Below, piece by piece: positions 40,753 to 50,760 of a DNA stretch of 64,000 nucleotides; positions within the stretch are counted from its first letter, which is position 1, and every line of letters begins with the position of its first letter. The translations under genes and the position numbers were made by a program. The notes below the pieces were generated by a model. That model had not been told where the DNA came from. It was given only the letters and a program-made list of their open reading frames with translations, and made no database searches. Source of the DNA: Isurus oxyrinchus (taxonomy: Eukaryota); contig JANJGN010000301.1 in assembly GCA_026770705.1 (NCBI GenBank), forward strand, positions 372,001 through 436,000, in the 5' to 3' direction.

Positions 40753-41030
40753 TGAGAGCACTGTAATAGGCGGCAGTGTTATTCAGCGACAGACTTGCGA
40801 TGGTTAGGATGGTGGATTCAGCTGCTGCCTGAATCTTGGTAGAGAAACATATTTTAGCAGGATCTGTTTTGCAATCATGACCCTAAGAAACCGTCCATGG
40901 GATGAAGTTAGGCTGCGTGTCTGGCTCAATCCGCTACCAGAATAATGCCCGGACTGTCCATGCAGCATCCTGGTGAAGTTTGAAGTTACCCCTTCTGCTC
41001 CTGTCTAGACGTGAGCAGCCAGCGGCTGTA
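40753..41030 (-). pseudogene. TCR V remnant (family B-like), RSS replaced by CR1
   Basis: Manual translation LFW*RIEPDTQPNFI...FSTKIQAAAESTILTIASLSLNNTAAYYSAL ends at the CR1 junction. Confidence 0.7.
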
Positions 41031-42249
41031 GAAGTTGTTAAGACACGGTTGTAGACAGAAGCCATTCGGCCCATCGTGTCCGCACTGGCTCACTGAATGA
41101 GTATTATGATGCAATGCTATTATCCATGTTGCTACTGTCCCTCTGATTAGAATGTGCTGAGTTAATAACCACCTATCAGAAATGTTGCCCATACAATACA
41201 GATGCTGAGTAACCACATGCTCTCCATGGAAAAGGGAGTTCGATATTTAAAGTCACACGGTCTAATCCTTATCCACAATCATCTGCTCACTGTGTCTCAG
41301 GCACTCCCCTCTCACCTCTTGCCTCTCCGGTAGTGCTACAAGACAGTTAGGCTGCGAGATGGCTGCTGGTGCATGGATAGACATATTGACACCTGGAATC
41401 AGCCCGCTGTTCTGTAACAAACTTAACCTCAGTGAATCTCCATTCCAATTAGAACGATGCGTTCATTTCTTGGTGGCAGTATGACTGTAGCTATTAATGG
41501 TGCTCAAGGACGGAGGAATATTCAATCATACCAGGCATTAGACTAATTGGAAACTCTTCAGTTTTCAGCTTTACCATGGGTCGATCAAACTGTCCATCAA
41601 TAGAGAAACTGAGTTTGACAGGAAAACAGGAAAGGCAAAAAAAAAGGAGGCAGAGAGATATAGAACAAGAGAGCAGGACAGTGGCAAAGGGGGAAAACAG
41701 CGAAGGAAAGAGTTTGCAGGGTGACGGAAGTCATATCTGTGCCAGTTCCTACACTGTCACTGCGTCAAAATCCTGGAACTCCCTTTCTAACAGCATTGTG
41801 GGTGCACCCACACCACATCTGCAGCGGTTGAAGAAGGCAACTCACCACCACTTTCTCAAGGGCAACTAGGGATGGGCAATAAACGTTGGCCCAGCCTGCG
41901 AAGCCCACATACTGTGAATGAAGTAAAAAAGTAACAGTGATTGCTGTTCAGCTGACCTCAGACTCAGGAACAAGCCAATCATGCTCATGGAAAATGCCTA
42001 TCTGTCTCTTATGAAGCGAAGCATGCCTCTGAGCCGTGTTTACTATTCCATACCTGCCTGGCACAGTCAGCATATTGAAATCGTTCTCTTATTCTGCTCT
42101 GAAATCAAAAGCAGTCATCATTTGTTCCCTATGATTAATTCTGATCATTATCACTGTGCTGACCGGTGAACCTATGTTGAAGTAAACAGTTTGTGCTAAA
42201 TTACATTTCCTCCTGGACGTTTGTCACCTCTTTTTTTATCTTGTAAAAT

Positions 42250-42449
42250 GTATAGATAAGTACAAAATCGTGGTCTGGGATTCATCGTATCTGGGAGCTC
42301 AGCAATGACGGAGCTGTCCAGGCTCTATCTTCACCGAAGGAAAAGTTATGACTTTTTCAGTATTGACAAGATCGCGGCATCAGCCATTGGAGTGTTTGGT
42401 GTGCAGTGAGACATGGTGAGGCAATGGCTGAGCGCGTCCATACAATACC
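42250..42449 (+). pseudogene. Highly degraded TCR V remnant with decayed 23-RSS
   Basis: ...tgtgcagtgaga (CAVR) then CATGGTG + 23 bp + ACAATACCC; paralog of 22560-22830. Confidence 0.55.
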
Positions 42450-43127
42450 CTCTGCGGGTTCCTATCAGCCAGTCCCTACACAGATACTATTATGGGAACT
42501 GCTTTCCACAGGCTTCACCCATCCTACAAGAAAATGATAACAAGATTCTCCTGAATGTGTTGACTCTCTTGGTAGGTAGAGTATCTTCGAGCCCACCCAC
42601 CTTCCCGGGAAAGATGTGCATAGACCTTGGTGAGTGTGTCAAATGCTTTATGAGGCACAAGTCCACAGGCTCCACACATTCTGCTAGGGAATGGCTCTTT
42701 GGGCTGCCCTGACGGTTTACTGAGTAGCAGTCTTTCTGAAGCTCACTCATGCTGTCAGGGACATTTTCCACTGGATTCGAACACCCAGTGACAGGTTGGT
42801 CGCTTAAGAGAGTGACTCTCTTAAAGAAACATGCTTCCCCTCAATTGCCTCCATCTGGAGCAAAAGACGCAGCTGGTCTTCAGGCAAAGTGATAGGTTCA
42901 GACGTGAACCACAGGAGAAATGAGCAGCGGACAACAAACCGCCTCCTTATATCCGGTGAACAATATCAATTTCCAGCCAATGAGGAGCGGGAAAAATAAA
43001 CACGTGACCTAGACCTTGGATATCCATCATTGATTTTAATCAGCCAACATCTTACTCTCTTCACCCGATTCCTTTTCTTCCGTTGTGAGTTGTGTCCCGT
43101 TTTCATATTGACATTCTCATAGCAAAC

Positions 43128-43564
43128 ATGTGTTGTGTTGCACAGTTACAGCTATTATCCATCATTCTGGCGATGCGAACAGGTAGGCACAGGACAGTGA
43201 CCCAATGACCCAGAGTAAGTTTTTCATTATTATTCTCGTTGTTCCAGTGTTTCATAACGTGAATATTTTTCCAGGTCGATGTCTGTCGGACCATGTGCTT
43301 CAATCTCCCGCTTCGGAAACAGTCCAGAGAGGGTATTCGGTGCAAATGGACTGCAACTACGAGGTGTCTGGCTTTTACGCGATGCATTGGTACAGACAGA
43401 AATCCGATCAGGGACTGGAGTGGATTATAAAGCGAGCATCGAATGGCAAAACGAGAAGCGGGAGATTTCAACTGAATCTATCCGAGTCGGAGAAACGCGG
43501 CCAATTGCTGATTGTAGACACTGAGGACGCCGATGCCGCGGTTTATTACTGTGCGGCTGAGCTC
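43128..43564 (+). CDS. TCR alpha/delta V segment (family C), apparently functional; leader 43128-43182, V exon 43275-43564
   Basis: MCCVAQLQLLSIILAMRT|GRCLSDHVLQSPASETVQRGYSVQMDCNYEVSGFYAMHWYRQKSDQGLEWI...DAAVYYCAAEL. Canonical splice sites, no stops. Confidence 0.93.
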
Positions 43565-43603
43565 CACACTGAGACAAAACGCGGCAGTCACTGTACAAAA
43601 ACC
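43565..43603 (+). promoter_or_regulatory. 23-RSS
   Basis: CACACTG + 23 bp + ACAAAAACC. Confidence 0.93.
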
Positions 43604-43709
43604 TTGCTCCTAGTTACAGTTTCGGGAGAGCGGCAGCAATCTCTCTCATAGCACAAGTTGGGCAAGGAAGCTCAGAGCATGAACGGCTAACAGGAGAAAC
43701 GGGCAGGGC

Positions 43710-43782
43710 TGCCGCGGGTTGTCTAGTAAATCATAATAGAAACTATGCCGCGGGTTGTCTAGTAAATCTTAATAGAAACTAT
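43710..43782. repeat. 36-bp direct tandem duplication
   Basis: gccgcgggttgtctagtaaatc(a/t)taatagaaactat x2. Confidence 0.85.
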
Positions 43783-45484
43783 GTTTCATTACAGATACAG
43801 ATGGCCACAGCAGGGAGTGTCGGACTGAGGGGGCAGTTAGTCAGTGCGGTCTTTGCAATGTGCGGAGCTTCATTTCCTGATTGTTTCCCAGGGAACCAAA
43901 AGAGACCCTGAGTGCTTATTTTATGCTGTTGTGGGATGATTCTTGAAGAACATTAATATAATTATACAGTAAAGTCCAGTGCTTAAACTGGTTTCCACAA
44001 TGTCGGCATGTATACTCTTGTCCCAAATTATGACCAGTTATCTGAAAGAATGCAACTGCGGGTGAGATTTCCCCCTCCTCTCTTGTGTCTCGCATCAAAA
44101 TATTAACCAAGTTCGAAACACAAACAGAAAGTGCTCGAAATACAACAAGAAACAGAGCGAAAACTCCAGCCTGTGACCTTTCACCAGAAACCAGCAACTC
44201 CTCAAACTGAACTCAAGTGAAATGTCGTAGACATGAATCCTTACTTCTGATTCGCTGTGCACCGATGTTCCCCGATTTGCCGAGTGTGGCCATGATCTTC
44301 TGTCATTATACCGCAAAGAAATTTGGATGGGAGCAGAAAAGCTGATAATTAGACTCGCTTCTGATGATAGAGCCCAGCCAAGTGAAAGTCAGCAGCCATT
44401 CTTATTTCTAACGAGCTGTGGGTCGAGAGTTCATTGTATGTCAAGACAATTTTGAGCCAGATGGGTTTTCAAGAGTAAATTTCATGTTTCCTGTCCATTA
44501 ACCCTGTTAAAAACATTCCTTCAATTCTTCCATTTTCTCACTTGCTTTCTGTGTAGGGACACTTTTCTCAAGTAGAAATTATATCGTGCTATAAAATCAT
44601 TGAATCGTCCAGTGATTATATCGCAGATGGAGACCGTTCGGCCCGTGCTGACTCACTTCAAGTGCAATTTACCTGGTCCCGGTCTTTTCTCTCTAGCTAT
44701 GCATTTTTTTTGTTTGCTTTTCTGATTATTCATTAATTCCCTATTGAAATGAACGATTGGATCTGCTGCCACCACGTACTCAGACTGTATATTCCAGATT
44801 TGGATTACTCAGTCTATGGAAAAAGGTTTTCATCATGTCGCCGTTCGCTCTTTTGCCAATCTCTTTATATCAGTATCCTCTGGTGCTCAATCCATCCTTA
44901 GCTACACTGCCTATTTCCTGAATTTTTATAATCTCCATAGCTTGCCTAACCCATCCACGTAACTGAAAGTTATTTAAATGGTCCATTCCCATGAGTCTAT
45001 TTGGCACCCTCTTTCATGCCTCTACATCCCTCCGAAACTGCGATGACCAGAACAGAGCACAATACTCCAGTTGAGGCCGAGTGTTTTGCACAGTTTGATA
45101 AAAATCCCCTTGTTTTTATCCTCTATGTCCTACTTATAAAGCCCTGCACGCCGTATACTTTTGTAATTGATTTGTCAATCTGCTCTATTCGATAAACTCA
45201 CACTTGGGTGATTATGAATCGGCCAAATACGCATTTTTCCTGGGAAATAAAGGACGTGAGAACGTGAAATACTTTCACGAATTATATTTACTGGAACATT
45301 GGACGGAGAGGAAAATTGAAGGGTGGGAGGAGCGAGAAGGAAATGCAGAGCTCATCAGTTTAATCACTTTATCCTATGCGGTAAAATGCTAACAACCTTT
45401 GAGAAAATATTCTTGAATAATATTTGTATTCCCAACATCTCTGCACTCTGTTGCCATTGTCTGACTCTAATCCCACCATGTTCA

Positions 45485-45895
45485 GGGTTTTGGACAGCTC
45501 TGTCCCTGCGCTGTATCACTGTGTGTCTGTAATCCTAGTAAGTTCAGGTTTTTGTACAGGTCTGTCCCTGCGCTGCATCACTGTATGTCTGTATCCCCAC
45601 CATGTTCAGGTTTTTGTACAGATCTCTCCGTGTTCTGTATTACTGTGTGTCTGCAATTCCACCATGTTCAGGTTTTCGTACTGCTCTCTCCGTGCTATGT
45701 ATCACTGTGTGTCTGTAATCCCACCATGTTCAGGTTTTTGTACAGATCTCTCCGTGTTCTGTATTACTGTGTGTCTGCAATCCCACCATGTTCAGGTTTT
45801 CGTACTGCTCTCTCCGTGCTATGTATCACTGTGTGTCTGTAATCCCACCATGTGCAGGTTTTTGTACGGCTCTCTCCCTCCTCTGTATCACTGCG
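45485..45895 (-). repeat. Tandem array of seven 23-RSSs (62-bp period)
   Basis: Nonamer (reverse complement) starts at 45485, 45547, 45609, 45671, 45733, 45795 and 45857. Each is followed by exactly 23 bp and a heptamer (rc: cactgtg, cactgta, tactgtg, cactgtg, tactgtg, cactgtg, cactgcg). Confidence 0.95.
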
Positions 45896-45900
45896 CTGTG

Positions 45901-46193
45901 CGGCCACTCAATGCACAGTAATACACAGCAGAGTCGCTTAGCTGTAGTTTGGAGATATTTAACCGGTTGATTTTCTAGGCATAATCGATAGAAGCAGAAA
46001 TTGTCAGCATTTTCTTTATTCTCCTCTCCTGAAATGTGTTTCTGAAGAGGATATTCCTGAGCGTGTCCTGGGGAATGACGGTACCAGAGAACTGTGTAAT
46101 GACAGAATCCTGAATATTCATAGCTTAAAGTATGGGTTTCACCAACAGCAGAGGTTTTTAGAGGCGGATCCTGGGATATCATTGAACGATAAT
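45901..46193 (-). pseudogene. NAR-TCR supporting V-delta (leaderless, CDR1 Cys), pseudogene
   Basis: Acceptor ctgcag|46193. DYRSMISQDPPLKTSAVGETHTLSYEYSGFCHYTVLWYRHSPG...(frameshift) ISASIDYA*KINRLNISKLQLSDSAVYYCALSG. First Cys changed to Tyr. No leader seen; in phase with the J at 48882. Confidence 0.85.
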
Positions 46194-48881
46194 CTGCAGG
46201 AGAAAAATTGGATATTATTCTTTTTAGCTACTGTTTATTCGAGGAAACTTGTTTATCACAGTAGGTGTTCTGGCTTTGGATGAAGTTTGTTTAATTTGTA
46301 ACTTCCTCTAACTTCATTCACCGTTACTGAAATATGAACCAGTGAAAGGATGAGGTTTTTTTTGTGTTTCACTGCGAGTTCTTACTATTTGGCATGCATT
46401 GCCTGAAAGGATAGTGAGCTCGGTTAAGGGTATTCTCCAAACGTGTAATGGACAAGTGTTTGTTGGAACACGAATAAACGCAGGACCACGGGGAGAAAGA
46501 GTGATGGGTTAATTGGGTTGCATTTTTAGAGAGGCAGCACTGACACGATGGACCGCATTTCAAACTGCCGTGCTGAATTTAATGGGCATTACATTTCTGT
46601 TTCTATTTTTCCAGAGGACACATTTTATTATCAGTGGGACAATCAATTCCCAAAAATTATTGTCCAAGACTAACCGAACTGTGTAGCATCAGTGAGCACA
46701 GCAAGATCCAAAATAACCTCATGAGATTCATCAGCACCGTTTGGGCCAAACCGATAGTGAACATCGGTGGACAAAAGTGCTGAAGTTTAATAAATTCGGG
46801 AGTTTCTGAGCTTTTTGATCTACTGCTCTATATTCAACTAACAATAGGGCCCAATTTTCTCCGTCTCCTTTTAATTTGAAATATTTACAGTTAGTTTCAT
46901 TTTATTTTACATTACCTTTGTGCTGTTTGTGCTTTTTGCAATCATGGGAACTTGTCCCAAAGTCTCTCGGTTGTCGGTTGGGTTCAGTCTGTTCAGTTTC
47001 CGCAGTGGTTTTACTGTTACTCACTGGGAACCGCCTCTTCCGGCTCCCTGACAACTTCAATTCTTTCCGCCCAATGACTGATTCTGAGCGCGTTCTCTGG
47101 GCGGAGTTTTCTAGAATTTTGCATTATACACAATCTGCAGAAGAGAAATAGGCCATTCGGCCTAACTGATTGATGCCTATGTTTAAACTCCAGACCAGCC
47201 TGCCCTGCCCGAAATGTAAATGACCATTTCGATCCACGTCCTTCTGCCTGTCTATTCCGCTCTCCCTCTTGTATTTTCAAGTCTTCTCATAAATCCATCA
47301 ATGCTCCCTGCTCCAGCCAGTCCATGTGACCTCCAGTTCCGCATTCTGATACGTGTTGATGCAAATGTTTTCTTCTTAGTGTCTTTATGTTTTCAGTTAG
47401 TGGCCAGTTTATAATAATCTCCTATTGCTCTGGACTCGGCCACAAATTAACCGTTGCTCCACTTCCACCCGAATGAACCCTTCATAATAAAAAGGTTTCG
47501 TTGATTTCTCCTCGTGATTTCCTCTTTTACAGAGAACAATGACCCAGCTTGTTCAATCTTTCCAGAGAGACGTGGATTGTTGCTGATTTCATTTCTCAGG
47601 AATGTAAGAAATCAAAGCAGAGAACGTAACAAAGAGAAGGAGGAGGTGCCACAGCTCCTCCATTCAATAACATCGTGGCTGATCTCCGTCTTAAACATCA
47701 CATTACAGCAATGTCCAAACAACCCTATATTCTATCGAATAACGCTTTAAATAGAGTCAGCACTGAGTATCCAAAGCTCTCTCAGGAACAAACTCACAAC
47801 AATGGTTTGACTTCTCCTCTTCTCAGTTCTAATGGCCGAATCTTTCTTCTGAAACTTTGACCCATAGTTATAGACTTCCCAGCCTTGGGAAAAATCCACC
47901 GGGAATCTGCCCTGCCCTCCATTTTGCATGTTTTTGAATGAGATTACCTCTCAATTCCTCGAAACTCAGGGGAACATTGGCCCAGCCTATTCAATCTCTT
48001 CTCATAAGACAATCCCTTGACCTCAGGAATCACTCTGATGAACCTTTGTTGCATTCGCTCCAAAGGAATTAGATCTTTTCCTAACGGTGAGGTCAAGGCT
48101 TTACCTAGCATTCCAGGCTGGAGCCCGTTGCGGCCATCCCCTCCATAAACCTCACCCCCAACCCTCACGCCGGAAAGCATTTTGAACGGCCCCCTGAGAT
48201 CATCCAACCCTTCTCTTCATTTCGATTATTATTGTTCCCTTATGTTCTTGTTCTTCTTTATCACTTTAGTGCATCATCCTCACTCTCTCTCCGCTCAGGC
48301 TTGTTTTAATTCACAGAAACCGGAGATACAGATAAATCAAAGCAATCCGATCTCTGAAACATCTGCACTTAAAATAATAAAAGTCAGCGGTTCCAACCTT
48401 AAAAACGATTAGGATTGTGAGTCCGAGGCATTGATGGTTCCTGATGTGTCAACGAAACCAATAATGATCCATGTGCAACGAACCCCTATGCCCCACCCAA
48501 CCCTTCCTTCCCTCGCCCACCGCCCTACACCAAGACCTCCACCCACCCTGACCACGCTGAACGCCTAGTCCGTCAGGTCTCACACATAGTTTCGCCCAGA
48601 CATCTGACCTGACTCCCTAATCCGATTCTGATCCCAAATCGAAAAAGGCAATGGAGAGGCTTCCTTAGAAAACCCGTCAGTTTTCGTTTTATTGGGACTA
48701 GACTGATAATGATCACAATAATAACTAATAAGCAGACGGTGAACATTACCCTGGACAGGCTGTAACGCGACGGGTGGGAGTCGGGGGCAGGGGGATAAGT
48801 GGTAAGGCGGCGGTTGGGGGGTGGGGGGGTGGCGGGGAGAGGGCGGGGTGCGGTAGGGCGGCTGCGGTTGGATTCACTTAC

Positions 48882-48973
48882 CGGCTGTGACAGTCACCAC
48901 CGTCCCGGATCCAGCCGCATAATCAGTAACCCACCACAGTGACACCGCTCACAATCTCCCCGGTACAACAACC
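48882..48973 (-). other. NAR-TCR J segment with 5' 23-RSS
   Basis: Coding 48934-48882 WVTDYAAGSGTVVTVTA followed by G|GTAAGT donor. RSS heptamer 48935-48941 (CACAGTG on +), 23 bp, nonamer ACAACAACC 48965-48973. Confidence 0.88.
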
Positions 48974-49287
48974 ACCGACACCTCAACCTGCCGGCAAATC
49001 ATCATCAGGCAGTAGAAACTGCCCAAATATGCAGCGCATTTAAATAAACAACGTTATTCAATGTTTCAAAGTCTCTGTCGCTTCAAGCTGTTCTTTGTGA
49101 GGCCCTGAGGCCTGAGCAAATGGTGCCGGGAACGAGATGTTCGCTTCATGTAAACCGAGAGAAATATCAAAGAAAGATAACTGAATGGTGGAAATTACAA
49201 TGAAATGTAACCAGATTCCAGCGATAATAACATCGACCCGACAATTCACCATTTGGGCCATGATAATTTATGTTTTAATTGTACAGA

Positions 49288-49783
49288 GTTATTTGTTCAG
49301 GCCTTTTCCACTGTGCTTTACCAATGTTGTGCCACTACTGACGTTTACAGTAATAGGTGGCCGTGTCTTCAATTCTTACATCCCGAATTTCCAGCAAAAA
49401 TGTCTTTCTTGTTTTGTTCACCGACACAACAAATCTTCCGCCGTCGAGGATCCTCTCCCGCTCTGTCCCAGTCTCGATGTTTTTGAAGAAATGTCCCGCT
49501 TGCAACTAATGCCGCTAATAGAAAACACAAGCGGTGGTAAGAGACTGACACTCCTTCCTGGTCACCGCTGCCGGGATCTGTGACACTGACTGACTGAAAG
49601 ATCCTGGAAATTAAACAAAGAGAGTTCAATAGACCATCGAAGTCGAACCAGAGAACGATGTCAAAACCCCAGACAGTGTCTGTAATGGGGATGGACTCGG
49701 GCAGCTTTATATTGAATCCACACAATGTCGGTTTGTTTGATCGGTACTCACGGGGTAAACAGACACACAAGGAGGATTCCCAT
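49288..49783 (-). pseudogene. NAR-TCR V (IgNAR-like V), apparently V-D germline-joined, with 12-RSS; pseudogene
   Basis: Leader MGILLVCLFT 49783-49752 (gtgagt donor, phase shifted). Exon 49603-49316 reads GSFSQSVSQIPAAVTRKECQSLTTACVFY*RH*LQAGHFFKNIETGTERERILDGGRFVVSVNKTRKTFLLEIRDVRIEDTATYYCKRQ*WHNIGK. RSS CACAGTG (49315-49309) + 12 bp + ACAAATAAC (49296-49288). Confidence 0.87.
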
Positions 49784-49806
49784 CGCTCCGCTGCCTGGAG
49801 CTGAGG

Positions 49807-49909
49807 GTTTATATGACGGGGAGCAGGAGACTGCAGCCCTGGACTGCACTGGGAGATCGGACCTCAGAGCTGGACTGAAACATTTTAGGGGGATCGAGTT
49901 GATTTGCAC
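49807..49909 (-). promoter_or_regulatory. Ig-style promoter of the NAR V: TATA-like box and octamer-like motif
   Basis: CATATAAA about 25-30 bp upstream of the ATG; GTGCAAAT (one mismatch to octamer ATGCAAAT) at 49909-49902. Confidence 0.5.
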
Positions 49910-50189
49910 GGAGCAATGTCGCTGCGTTTTGTTGATGGGCCGCACGGATCCCGGGTCGTTGGCTAAGTGTGGTGTGAATAAGAGACAGGTTTATAAAAGG
50001 AGGCTGCAATTTTCTGACTCTATATTTGGATTGTGATCCAGATGTAAAAGCCCCTCTCACAATACTCTGGTGTACAGGGGTGGGAGAGGGGAGATTTTCT
50101 TTCTGCCAGTTGTGCGGCCGCCTTCATTTCCCCGCAGTAATGAACTGGGAGGTTGGTGCATGTGATTGTATTGGGCGGTGTTTGTTAGA

Positions 50190-50760
50190 AGTGGAATGTG
50201 AGCCACAAAGGGACCTCGGCATATATTATTAGATAAGCCATTGAAGATGGCACGGCATGTTGAGAGAGCAGCTGATAAAGCATACAGTATCTTAGGCTTT
50301 ATTAATGGCGCATTGAGGAAAAGAGTAACGAAGTCATGCTGAACTTTTACAAGACAGTAGTTAGGCTGCTATTACTTCCTTAATAATGAACTTTAGCATT
50401 TTCCCAACGACAGATTTTACGCAGACTAGCGTAGGGTTTCCCAGGGCGGGAGGGCATATTCGTAGATTAATACCACTCCCCCCCCACCCCTCCCCACTTA
50501 AAATAGAGATGAGGAGAAATTTATTCTCTGAGAGGCTCGTCAATCTATGGAGTTGTATACCAACGAGGCTGGGTCGTTAAATATATTCAAGGTTGAGAAA
50601 GACAGGTTTTTAATCAGCATGTGAATCAGGGGTGATGGAGGAAAGGCAAGAAAGTGGAGGTGAGGATTATTAGAATAGCCATGATCACATTGAATGGCGG
50701 ACCCAGACTCGATGGGCCGAATAGACTACTTCTGCTCCGAAGTCTTATGGTCTTATGCCA
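50190..50760 (+). mobile_element. Nested CR1 fragments
   Basis: EMRRNLFSERLVNLW and tail ccgaagtcttatggtcttat; an inverted CR1 piece lies at 50361-50430. Confidence 0.7.

Noticed and set aside
45524-45856. 23-bp linkers in the RSS array as true D-delta segments
   Set aside because: They have a 3' 23-RSS but no 5' 12-RSS, so they do not meet the D definition; kept only as speculation.
45424-45970. Cys-rich ORFs (165, 96 and 60 aa)
   Set aside because: They are translations of the 62-bp RSS tandem repeat, not proteins.
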